64,000 bases of DNA from Callorhinchus milii (taxonomy: Eukaryota): NCBI RefSeq assembly GCF_018977255.1, contig NW_024704747.1, positions 19,592,001 through 19,656,000 on the forward strand, given 5' to 3'. Shown piece by piece: positions 1-11,569 of the stretch. Each line of letters begins with the position of its first letter. Positions within the stretch are counted from its first letter, which is position 1. The position numbers and the translations under genes were made by a program. The notes beneath the pieces are model-generated. The model worked only from the letters and a program-made list of their open reading frames with translations. It had not been told where the DNA came from and did not search any database.

Positions 1-73
1 AAGTGCAGTAAAACGTATTTTATTTATATTGTATTTAGAAATGTTTCAGCAAAACCGGCCAAGGTCAAACAAT

Positions 74-136
74 CTAGAAATCCCTCATACGTCTGAAAGA
101 TCCAACGGTACTCTCATGGTCTCTCCAGCTGTTAAA
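74..136 (-). pseudogene. Orphan 3' end of a gamma-crystallin exon 3 (relic of a deleted paralog)
   Basis: Minus strand reads [23 protein letters not shown], aligning with [18 protein letters not shown] of intact genes. AATAAA follows at about 19-24. No upstream part of the exon is present. Confidence 0.7.
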
Positions 137-550
137 AAGGGGGCTTGGTTAACTATTTACTTAGTAATGTTATTAAGGGATAAGAAGAAAAGGCAGGTTA
201 ATGGGACTTAAAGATAAACTATGATCTTAAAAAATGGTGGAGCAGAATGAATAGGTAAGTGGCTTCAGTTCCCAGCCTGAAAACTTCTTGAAGTTAGTAA
301 CTCTGTTTGTTTTGTTTATTTAATGTGAATGCTTTGGTAGGATTTGTATCTATCTGATCTGTAATTCAGTGTAAAGGTGTTCATGAGGACATGTGACTTT
401 AGTAAAATACGGAGAATTGGAAGAATGGTAGAACCCAATTATTCTGTTATACAGTTTACATGAAAACCCAGACAATGTAGCTAGTATGCTAATGTTTTAT
501 TCACGATTAGTGCCTTTTCATAAAGGCAAATACAATTCTTAAACAGCAAT

Positions 551-2806
551 TTAGAAGGAATCCCTCATACGTCTGAAGGATCCAATAGTTGAGCTGGAAG
601 CGCCCCAGTCGCTGAATCGCCTGTACTCTCCAGGTCTCATGAAGTACTGGCGACCTCTGTAGTTGGGCTGATCATACATGGTCCAGTAGCCATCCATCAC
701 GTTGCAGGAGTGGATGTCACGGTAGCGGAAACGGTCATAGACGGATGGGCAGTCATCCATGAATTCCATCATCTGTCCTCCAAAGTCAGGTCTCTCGTAA
801 ACCTTCATTCTGTAGGAGCCATCTCTTTGCTGCAATAGAGAAACACAACATTTGTGATGGAACTCAAATGGACATGGATATACATGGAAAAATAGGTTCT
901 GAACTGGAGCACAGGGGGTTGGTATCGTTAAGGATCTTAAAATGGAGTTATTAGGGTTTAAAATAAATCACAAATAATTCATTGACTCTCAGAACTATTT
1001 GTTTCTTGCATTGAGCGAGTTGGCATTGTAATTCCTTCAGTACTATTTCATTCATCAGCCATAGGGATCAAATGCTGTTAACATTGACCTCAAGTCTTCC
1101 CTTATGGTGACTGCTTCAATGTCTCACTTTTTCCCACACATGAACATGGTGCTCAGAAATTTTCAAATGGCGTTTAAATTGAAAGGAAGTCACGAGGAAG
1201 TTCGAGACAGACAGCAGTAACGATAGTGATGGTTAAGAGTCAAGACAACAACAACAACAAAATTACATTTATAGAGCATCTTTCACGTCGGGAGGATGTC
1301 TCAAGGCGCTGAACAGTCAGATGTTGGAGCCTGAGCATGGGAGAGAGGTGTGGTAGGGGTGAGGGAAGGCAGAGAGGTGGGAGGGCGACCAAATGCATGA
1401 TCGAAGAGAAGGGTCTTGAGACCAGCCTTGAAGAAGGCAAGGGAGGAAGCGAGGTGAAGGGACTGTGGGATGGAGTTCCAGAATGTGGAGGCAGAGAGGC
1501 TGAAAGCCCGGCCACCAATGGTAGGGCGAATTGGGTGGGAGACGTGGTGCAGGCCAGAGCCTGCTGAACAGAGGGAGTAGGCAGGTTGGTAGGGAGTCAG
1601 CAGATCAGAGAGGTAAGAGAGGGCAAGGCTATGGATGGCCTTAAAGGTGAGGACGAGGATCTTTAACTCGATCCTCTGGGGAATGGGGAGCCAGTGGAGT
1701 AGGATGAGGGTGGGAGTGATGGGGTCACAGATTCTGGTGCGCAAGAGTACACGAGTTGCAGAGTTTTGGATGATCTGCAGCTTGTGAAGGGAAGAATTGG
1801 GAAGGCCGATGAGGAGGGAGTTTCCGTAATCGAGCTTTGATGTGACGAATGTGTGGGTGAGGGTTTCGGCAGCCTGAGGGGTGAGGCAGTGGCGGAGTCT
1901 GGCAATATTGTGGAGGTGGTGGTAGGCAGTGCTGGTTATGGCGTGGATGTGGGGGAGAAAGGACAATTCAGGGTCAAACAAGACACCCAGGTTCCTGACT
2001 GGCTTAGTGAGGTTGAGTGTGCAGCCGTGGAGGCTGATGTTGCCAGCGCCCAAGGTGCGGAGATGCTGGTGCAAGCCAATCAGGAGGGTCTCGATCTTGC
2101 TGACGTTGAATTGGAGAACATTATCCCTCGTCCAGGACTTGATGTCGGACAGGTAGTTTGTCAGGACGCCTGTCGTTTGCTGTGGGCAGCACGGAAACCC
2201 GATTGGAGGGGTTCATGGAGGGAGTGGGAGGCGAGGAAAGAATGAAGCTGTGAGGCAACAGCTCTCTCAAGGACCTTGGATAGGAAAGGGAGATTTGAGA
2301 TGGGCCGGTAGCTAGATAGGGAAGGGAAGGTTCAAGACAGTCAATAAAAGAGGATATGAAAAAAACTGTTAGACTAAACTTAATGTTAATGGACCCAAAT
2401 TGTAAATCATACAAGTAAATAATTTAGTGATGGTAATTGGTGGTGAACCTATAACTTACATATGGGTAGGTACGGCATGATCTAATGCTGTCATTGTAGC
2501 CCATCCAGCGCTGGTAGTCAGGATACTCTCCCCTGTTCAGAACGTACTGGTATCCCATGTAATTGGGTTTCTCGTACAGAACCCAATAGTCACTGTCAAC
2601 GCGGATGGAGTTACAGCGGCTGAAGTAAGACTGCAGGTCGGCACAGTCAGTGCTGCACTCATAGTGCCGTCCCTGGAAGTTTCTGTCCTCGTAAAAGATG
2701 ATCTAGAGAGAGGAAAAAATAGGCCAATAAATCAAGCGGTTTCGAGGTATTTTAAAAATGTATCAATGCAATATATAAAATCAAAGTGATGCCAAACCTT
2801 TCCCAT
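551..2806 (-). CDS. Gamma-crystallin gene 1 (shark gamma-S1-like), exons 2798-2806, 2460-2702, 551-829; 176 aa
   Basis: ATG GGA AAG/gt exon 1; 243-nt exon 2 [18 protein letters not shown]; exon 3 QRDGSY..RRMRDSF-TAA; GT-AG sites; AATAAA at 496-501; L2 in intron 2. Confidence 0.95.
1244..2335 (-). mobile_element. L2 LINE, 5'-truncated and internally deleted, in intron 2 of gene 1
   Basis: ORF 1301..2074 has L2 ORF2 C-terminal motifs ([34 protein letters not shown]); (TTG)n tail near 1247-1260. Confidence 0.9.
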
Positions 2807-3060
2807 TTTCAGCTTGCAGTTAGATCAACACCGACTGATCATTGCTTCCCAGGGCTTGATATTTATATGCTATACTGAGAGGCCACTTTGGAGGATACTT
2901 TTGTTATTCTAATGAACTCAGGACTGTATTTCAGCAAAAAAAGAACAAAAGGCATGGGGTATACATCGCAGAGAAACACCAGTATTCATAGGAATGTCAT
3001 TGATTCTTTTCATTTTGCTTTCATGTCACTTTGATTGTTCAGTGACAACAAAAATCAAAG
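2807..3060 (-). promoter_or_regulatory. Promoter of gene 1 (divergent version of the shared promoter)
   Basis: TATAAA at 2862-2867, Sox-like AACAAAAG near 2898-2905, TTTTTGCTGA MARE half-site at 2931-2940. Confidence 0.7.
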
Positions 3061-3419
3061 GATGAGTTCATCGCAGGTCTGAGAGGTAGTGTTTTACAGA
3101 GCACACAAATTGCAGAGCTAACAAAAACAGCATACTCTGTTTTAAAACTTTGATTGCTGTCAGTTAGATAGACTTCTAATCCATAAAGTAAATTCAACTT
3201 ACACGTTAAATCATCATTAATATAAAAAGCGCAAGAATGGTCAAATAAGTTTTACAGTGAGCAGTGGCTTTACAAGTGAATTTAAAGTGCACCGAGCTAA
3301 ACCGCCTGACGGTACTATATACAAAAGAGGATATATTCAATTCACAAGAATCCAAATGTTGCATTTATATTGCTAAACTGAAGGAGCGCCATAGAAAATA
3401 ACTGCTCTGTAAAGCCTGA

Positions 3420-3990
3420 TCCAATTGGTAACACTCTCCTCTGAGTCAGCAGATTGTGGGTTCTAGCCTCTCGTCAGAATTTGGAACCCAGAAAATCTAT
3501 GCTGAGAGACTCCAATGTGTGCTGCACTATCGGAGGTGCTGACCGTCGGATGAGCCATTAAACCAAGGACCCAACTGCCTGTTAAAGATCCTGTTGCGCT
3601 GTTCGAAAGAGAAGGAAGTTTTTCTCAGTGTTCTGGCCAACAATCCCCAATATAATATTCAATGATGATTCTACTGGGAGTCCTGTAGCTCAGTGGTTAG
3701 AGCACTCGCTTTGCAAGCGAGAGACTGGAGATCTCTTGGCTGTCAATTGGCTGTCACGTTTGAACAAATAAATACACAGTTACACCATTTTAGACTAAAT
3801 AATAATAATATTATTATACTGTTACAACTATAGTTGTATTTGAGATAGCACATTTCATGTTAGAGGGCAAGATGTTATATATATATAGAATTATTATTCC
3901 ATATCTATATATATAGAATATATATAGAATTATTATGAAGTGCTTTGAGATGTTACATACGTGAACAATGTTATATGAATATTAGTTTTT
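3420..3990 (+). mobile_element. Deu-domain SINE with a nested tRNA-derived SINE head (3677-3725)
   Basis: tRNA-like head, then Deu-like core gtgctgcactatcggaggtgc..ttaaaccaaggaccc..aaagatcc..tggccaac; L2-like tail; inserted gggagtcctgtagctcagtggttagagcac. Confidence 0.7.
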
Positions 3991-4262
3991 GTTCATATTA
4001 TCAAGAACCGTATATTAGCAGCAAAGAAACAAATGCATGGCCCATACTTAGAGATTGTATGTCTTTATAACCATCTAATTGACTTGCTTTATTGCCTTTT
4101 GGTGTGATTGTAAATAATTGAATTTATAACTGTGCTGAGACTGATGAAATGTACCAACTACATTGAAAAAGTAAGATGAGTGCCATTGGATGCTGAACAA
4201 ATTTACTTTATTTATGTTCATTAACATTTCACCTAACACATCATTGGGTTTGTGAATAAGGC

Positions 4263-5323
4263 TTAGAAATCCATGACACGTCTGAAAGATCCAATAGTTG
4301 AGCTGGAAGAGCCCCAGTCACCGAATCGCCTGTACTCTCCGGGTCTCATGAAGTACTGGCGGCCTCTGTAGTTGGGCTGATCATACATGGTCCAGTAGCC
4401 GTCCATCACGTTGCAGGAGTGGATGTCACGGTAGCGGAAACAGTCGTAGACGGATGGGCAGTCATCCATGAATTCCATCATCTGTCCTCCAAAGTCAGGT
4501 CTCTCGTACACCCTCATTCTGTAGGAGCCACCTCTGGACTGCAATAAACAAAAGAGAGCATTTGTAATACAGCTGTAACTAAACAGATACATGATATGTA
4601 TAACCTACAGAAAAGAATGAGCAAAGGTTTGAATCATGCGACTAAGTTTAATTTATCTACAGGAAAATCCTGTCAGACATTTTGAGACATCCCACTGATG
4701 TAAAAGTTGCTACAATGTATCTAAATACAAAGATTATTATAGGAGTATCATTGTAAAGACACAAATAACTTGTTTTGTACTGTGTTTGAATGGGTATGCA
4801 AGTATCCCAAGTGTTTATGTGAGAGGTGCTATTTATATGAAAGTTGTTGTCGACACCTTGTACAGTAGCAAGGAAAGAATGTTAAACTAATCTATTAGTG
4901 AACCACAACAAATTAAATTCACATCTGCGTATAGTGTAGTTTATAGCTGCTATTGGCTTTAGTGTTGTAACTTACGGCGTTGTACATGCGGCATGACCTG
5001 ATGCTGTCGTTGAAACCCATCCAGCGCTGGTAGTCAGGATACTCTCCCCTGGTCAGAACATACTGGTATCCCATGTAATTGGGTCTCTCGTACAGAACCC
5101 AACAACCACTCTCAACACGGATGGAGTTACAGCGGCTGAAGTAAGACTGCAGGTCGGCATAGTCAGAGCTGCACTCAAAGTGCTGTCCCTGGAAGTTCCT
5201 GTCCTCGTAAAAGATGATCTGAAAAAAGACACAAGTTCAGTCAGTAATTTATCACATTCAGAGATCTGTGCTGTGAACCGTAAATACAACATGAGAAATA
5301 AAAGTTGTCCTTGCCTTTCCCAT
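4263..5323 (-). CDS. Gamma-crystallin gene 2, exons 5315-5323, 4976-5218, 4263-4538; 175 aa; GC donor on intron 1
   Basis: Intact frames [23 protein letters not shown] and SRGGSY..RRVMDF-TAA; intron 1 begins GCAAGG. Confidence 0.9.
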
Positions 5324-5580
5324 TTTGAGCTCACAGTTAACTCAGCAACTGAGTGGATGTGCCATTGCTTCCCACAGCCTGGTATTTATACACTGGACAG
5401 AGAGGACACTGCGAGGAATACTTTTGTTATTCTAATGACTTAGGTCTGATCATCAGCAAAAAAAAATTACAAAACAAAAAACCCATTGCAGAAAGTCACC
5501 TGTATTCACATCTACAGCCTGATCATTCATTCTTTTCATTTTGCTTTCACATCATTTACATTGTTCTGTGACAACAAAAA
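5324..5580 (-). promoter_or_regulatory. Shared gamma-crystallin promoter (representative copy, gene 2)
   Basis: TATAAA at 5385-5390, 62 nt from the ATG. Same spacing at 10573, 18167, 21845, 27693, 32056, 36738, 40326, 46288, 54946, 58660. Upstream lie Sox-like AACAAAAG, AT-rich TGCTGA MARE half-site and a distal CATTGTT block. Confidence 0.8.
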
Positions 5581-5909
5581 TCCTTGTGTTAAATTTCCAA
5601 CTCTGTTGAGTATGCTGTTTTGTTGCTACTGTGAATTTGTAAATCATATTTAACTGAAATTTGGATAATAAAATGTAATCAGCCACTCATATGTTTCTTT
5701 TCCAATTATTTTAAGTATTTCTGCAACACGAAGAAGTATCAGAATTAGATGTTTGATGTGCTGTGTGTTTTGTGCAATTGTTCTCATTGTCTCGCCTTCC
5801 TATAGCCTGTGACCACTCTCGTTGTTCCGATCACAACAGTGTGTCATCTGACTTAGTTGCAACTCTTTATACTGTAAGAGCTGGAAGCACCTGGTTGTTT
5901 ATATAGTCT

Positions 5910-6310
5910 GTAGAGATTGGAAACAGGCCGTATAGCTGATCGATCCTGTACCAATATTTATTCTCCACATGAGTCCCACCCATTCTTTACACCTTCCCAT
6001 ACCTCTCTACTCCCTTTTCCCTCATCCAATATATACCGTCTAGCAGCTTTCACTTTAGGAGGTCGTCCCATGTGTTGGACAGTCTAAGATTTGTATATAT
6101 CTAGCTTCCTCTTAAATGTATCTATAATATCTGTTTGAACCACCACTTCGAGCAGCATGTTCTACATTCCCACAAAATTCGAAATTTCTCCTTTAGATCC
6201 CCTAAGCGCTATCTTATACGTGTATCCCCTGGATTCAGACTTCCCAAAGAGGGGGACCAGACCATTTATACAAACCTTATCGAACCCTTTTATAATTTTG
6301 AACATGATTC
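5910..6310 (-). mobile_element. CR1 LINE 3' fragment
   Basis: Minus ORF FKIIKGFDKV..SRGYTYK matches the CR1 ORF2 C-terminus, followed by a CR1-type 3' UTR. Confidence 0.75.
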
Positions 6311-7029
6311 TACCATTCACACTTTTACGTTGGTGACTGTGAGAAATTATTGAATGGATCTTTGCTTTCCTCTCCCTCCCATCTATCACATATGTCAGTT
6401 GTTCCTTTATTTGAACAGGAAGGCTGAGTTTAACTGCTTGGGCCCATTTCTTCTCGTACTATTTTTCATAGCTTTTTTTGAATGAAATGTGATTAATGTT
6501 TAATACCTGTAAACATACTGAGTGCTTTACCTGTTCTAAATTCATATGTAATCTGTTGCACTAACTGGTTTCCTCCCATCCCTTGTCTGCAGCATTTACT
6601 TAGAGCACTTTCGCAGCACAGAGGCCTGCTTGACAAAAGATCTCAGGCTCAATGAGATCTTTGAGCTTATGGCTCAATGAGCAGTGTTGCTCTTCTTTCC
6701 TCAAATAACACCACCTGACCCACAGTCACATGAAAAGCGTGACACAGTCACAATTTATGCAGCTTCACTACACTTACGCCGTTCCACTTCTCTAAAGACT
6801 TCTCCCCTTTCTCTCCGTACTGTCACACTTGTTCTTCAGGGCTCAATCCTCGTTCCTCTTTTTTTACTTGTCTTTATGCTCCCCTTTGTGCCATGAGGTA
6901 CTGCCATGGAATCCCCTTTCATACATACAGGATGATAACAAACCCAAAGTTTAATCTTGATAGGCTGTATATAATTGTAATCCATCCATTTGATATATAC
7001 TGCTTTTCACATCAAGAATACGTCATTAC

Positions 7030-8174
7030 AAACTTGTAAGCAAAATAGAAGCCCACGGTATTAAAGGGACAGTGGCAGCATGGATACAGAATTGGCTGGG
7101 AGACAGAAAGCAGAGAGGAGTGGTGAACGGTTGTTTTTCTAACTGGAGGGAAGTGTGCAGTGGTGGCCCCCAGGGATCAACATTGGGACCACTGCTCTTT
7201 TTGATCTATATAAATGATCTGGACTTGGGTATAGGAAGTACAATTTTGCAGATGATACTAAGCTAGGGAAAATAGTAAACAGTGAGGATGATAGTAGCAG
7301 ACTGCAAACAATCATAGACAGACTGGTAAAATAGGCAGACACATGGCAGATTTAACGTGGGGAAATGCGAAGTGATGCATTTTATGAGGAAGAATGAGGA
7401 GAGGCAATATGAGCTGATGGTACAATCTTAAAGGGGGTGAAGGAACAGAGAGACCTGGGGGTTCATATAAGTAAATCTTTGAAGGTGGCAGGACAGGTAG
7501 ATAAAGCTGTTAAAAAAGCATACGAGTTACTAGGCTTTATAAATAGGGGTATAGAATACAAAAGTCGGGAAGTTATGATGAATCTTTATAGAACGCTGGT
7601 TAGGCCTCAGCAAGAGTACTATGTTCAGTTCTGGGGCCGACACTTTAGGAATGATGTCAAGGCATTGGAGAGGTGCAAAGGAGATTTACCACGATGGAAC
7701 TAGGAATGAGGGACTTCAGTTATCAGGAGAGGCTAGAGAAGCTAGGATTATTCTCCTTGGAGCAGAGAAGATCAAGAGGAGACTTAATAGAACTTTTCAA
7801 AATTATTAGGGGATTTCATAGGGTGAATAAGAAGAAACTATTTCCACTGGTGGTTGGGTTGGTAACCCAAGGACACCAATTTAAAATAGTTGTTAAAAGA
7901 AACAGAGGTGGGGTGAGGAGAAATTTTTTTACACAGCGAGTTGTTCAGATCTGGAATGCATTGCCTGAAAGGGTGGTGGAAGCTGATTCGATAACAGCTT
8001 TTAAGAGAGAAGTAGATAATTATTTGGGGAGGACAAGTTTGCAGGACTATGGCGAGAGCGCAGGGAAGTGGGATTGATTTGGATAGCTCTTTTCAAAAAG
8101 CTGGCACAGACACGAAGGGCTGAATGGCCTCCTTCTGTGCTGTACAATTCTGTGATTCTATGATTCTATGATTC
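7030..8174 (+). mobile_element. CR1 LINE, 5'-truncated, frameshifted
   Basis: RT motifs [50 protein letters not shown]; (ATTCTATG)n tail. Confidence 0.92.
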
Positions 8175-9412
8175 ACGAAATAAACTAAAGTGTAGTGACT
8201 GGGTTTTTATAGTTCTATATCTAAGGCAAGGATTATGATTATATTACAATGCTTTTATTAACCTGAGGCAAGTTAAACAAAGCTCCACTCTTGGTTCCCA
8301 TCAGACCTAAAGCCTGTAACTTATACATTTTTGAAAAATTCAGCAGGTCCCTAAAATAGCTCACTTCTCCCAGGGAAAAAATGGATACAAAGCATTAGAT
8401 CGCAGATTCCAGCACTTGTGAAAGGTCCAATCAGACAACTGGAATGGTCAAGATATGTCCAATAGTGTAGTATTTATTTTTGATTTAATTCATTTTTTAA
8501 GTATTGTATATATTTTATATATTTATAAAATACACATTTTAACATAAATTATTTTATTTATGTCCTGGCCAACAATGCCCCAGATAAAATTGGTCATTGA
8601 CTCCATTGTGGGACATTGCTATGTGCAAGTTGGCTGCTGCATTCATGCACAACATTGTCATTAAATTTTACAGTAAATCCTGTGAAATGCTTTGCGATGT
8701 CTGGATGACCTAATACGGTGTCAAATACAAAGATTATTAATATAGGAATATTGTAAACCATATTGAGACTTTTCACCCCATGTGAAAGGCATATGAATAT
8801 TAGATGTTGTTCAAATTATCATGGACCTTACATTAGCAGCAAAGGAACAAATGTATGTCCATACTTGAAGATAAAATGTGTTTATGGCCATATCAGTGAC
8901 TCTTTTTATTTTGCTTTGGTGTAATTGAAATGGTTGAAATAGAAGCTGCTGACACTGACAAAAATATATCAAATGTATTGATTTAGAACTCCGCTGCCCA
9001 TATTCTCCCCCATACCAAACTCTGTGCCTCCATCACCCTAGTCTTTGCCAGGCTCCACTAGCTCCCTATTGCAGAACAGTTCAATGATAAGATCCTCACA
9101 CAAATTTAAAAATCAATTCACCTCCCTGTCTCTCTGGTCTACTCACATCCTAATTCCCTCTGCCTCACCACAACCTCGCCCATCTTCAGATCATATCTGA
9201 CCCAACCTATGGTCACCTCCCTTCTCTTCCCGGCGTCAAGCCCCTGCCACTGTTAATAGCTCCGAGATGCTACCCCTCATGAAGTGCGTTATTTAAATGC
9301 TAGCTGTTGCGCTGCAAAATATGAGATGAGTGCCATTGGATGCTGAATCATTTAACTTTATTTAGGTTCATTAATATTTCACCAACCACATCATTGGGTT
9401 TGTGAATAAGGC

Positions 9413-10511
9413 TTAGAAATCCATAACACGTCTGAAAGATCCAATAGTTGAGCTGGAAGAGCCCCAGTCGCTGAATCGCCTGTACTCTCCGGGTCTCATG
9501 AAGTACTGGCGGCCTCTGTAGTTGGGCTGATCGTACATGGTCCAGTAGCCGTCCATCACGTTGCAGGAGTGGATGTCACGATAGCGGAAACAGTCATAGA
9601 CGGATGGGCAATCATCCATGAATTCCATCATCTGTCCTCCAAAGTCAGTTCTCTCGTACACCCTCATTCTGTAGGAGCCACCTCTGTACTGTAATAAACA
9701 AAAGAGAGCATTTGTAATACAGCTGTAAAAAACAGATACATCATATGTATGAAAAAATAGAGCTAGTAAAAGATTCAAATTGTCTCATGCGGCTTAGTGA
9801 ACTTTGAATATAATGTGTATAACTGCACCAATTTTACATTGTAAAACTTTACAGTGAATCCAATGAATCGCTTTGAGACATCCTGCCCATTTGCTGCATA
9901 AAACTGCAAATCGCTAATTATTGTAGGATTATTACCATGATTTTTACCATGATTGTGGAAAGGATAAGCAAGTATCCCAAGTGACAACTGTAAAAGACTT
10001 TGAGGTATTTGTGTGAAAGGTGCTTTGTAAATGAAACTTGTTGTGGACACTTTGTACACTATCAAGGAAAGAATATCAAACTAATCTATTAGATCGCCAT
10101 AACAAATGGAATTCCCATCTGCATATCATTCACAACTGCTTTAGTGTTTTAGTGTTGAAACTTACATAGCTGTACATGCGGCATGATCTGATGCTGTCAT
10201 TGAAGCCCATCCAGCGCTGGTAGTCAGGATACTCTCCCCTGGTCAGAACGTACTGGTAACCCATGTAATTGGGTCTCTCGTACAGAACCCAGCAGCCACT
10301 CTCAACACGGATGGAGTTACAGCGGCTGAAGTAAGACTGCAGGTCGTCAGAGTCAGAACTGCACTCATAGTGCCGTCCCTGGAAGTTCCTGTCCTCGTAA
10401 AAGATGATCTGAAAAAGAGACACAAGTTCAGTCAGTAACTTGACACATTCAGAGATTTGTCCTATGAACTATGTACAATTTCCAAATTAAGTTTGGCCTT
10501 ACCTTTCCCAT
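9413..10511 (-). CDS. Gamma-crystallin gene 3, exons 10503-10511, 10166-10408, 9413-9688; 175 aa
   Basis: ORF track 10130..10423 and 9413..9778 contain exons 2 and 3; canonical GT-AG sites. Confidence 0.95.
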
Positions 10512-11317
10512 TTTGAGCTCACAGTTAACTCAGCAACTGAGTGGATGTGCCATTGCTTCCCACAGCCTGGTATTTATACACTGAACAGAGAGGACACAGG
10601 GAGGAATACTTTTGTTATTCTAATGATTTCGGTCTGATCATCAGCAGAAAAAGTTACAGAACAAAAAATCCTCATTGCAGAAAGACACCTGTATTCATAT
10701 CCTTTTCATTTTGCTTTCACATCATTTACATTGTTCTGTGATAACAAAAAACTCCCTGTGTTAAATTTGCAACTCAACTGAGTTTGCATTTTCAATTTTT
10801 TTATGATGTTTAATGAAAATGCTGTTTATATAATATATCCATTGTATTACATGTTTTTGTTCAATTACTGAAAATATTTCTACAATACAAGGAATATCAG
10901 AATTAGATGTTTTACGTGGTGTGTGTTTTGTGCCCTTATTTCTCACTGACTCACACTTCTGTCATCCGAGACCATTCTCATTATTGTTGTTCAGATTACT
11001 AGTGAGTGTCACCTGACTTAATTGTAGCTCTTTACACAGTACATTATTCAGCCTGGAACCAGTTAGTTGTTTCTGGACTCTTTCCAGTTTATTTCTGTGT
11101 GACAAGGGGATAAACCCTATCACTGCCTTTTATGGTTATTGCCGGTCAACCTTCGTGTAAAAGGAACTAACAAGGCTGGACTCCAATCAGCCTCGATCGG
11201 CATTTGTGATAATTGGGCACCAGCCCTAAGTAATAATTAAGCAATGGTATAAAAGCTGGGAGCTTGGGCATGTGAGAGGAGGGTCTGGTGAAGACAGATG
11301 CATAGAAAAGTCTCCTT

Positions 11318-11555
11318 GTTCAAACATTTTCTTTGATATAGTAATCCTTGCATTTGATATAATGCCTTATCACATCTTCCAGATGTTTCAAAGTGCTTCA
11401 CAGAATATACCGTAAAGTAAATTGACTGTGTAGCTCGTGGGCAAAATGCAGCAGCCAATTGCGCACAGCAGTGTCCCACAAACAGTTGTGGATTGAGTGA
11501 CAAAATAATTTTTTTCAAGGGATTATTAGCCTTGGAAAAGCAATCTGCCAATCAA
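11318..11555 (-). mobile_element. tRNA-derived SINE, 3' half
   Basis: taatccttgcatttgatata..gcttcacag..gcagccaattgcgcacagcagtgtcccacaaacag, shared with full copies at 37324 and 38090. Confidence 0.75.
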
Positions 11556-11569
11556 CTAACAAGCACAGA

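Noticed and set aside
3677-3725. tRNA-like sequence (also 23608, 37640-37700, 38370-38435)
   Set aside because: SINE heads: no complete cloverleaf or terminator, and fused to SINE bodies.
5180-5571. Recurrent plus-strand ORFs (MDVPLLPTAWYLYTGQRGH.., ..[17 protein letters not shown]..) at most genes
   Set aside because: They are antisense to exon 1 and the promoter, start at non-ATG codons, and vary in length and frame; recurrence follows from cassette homology.
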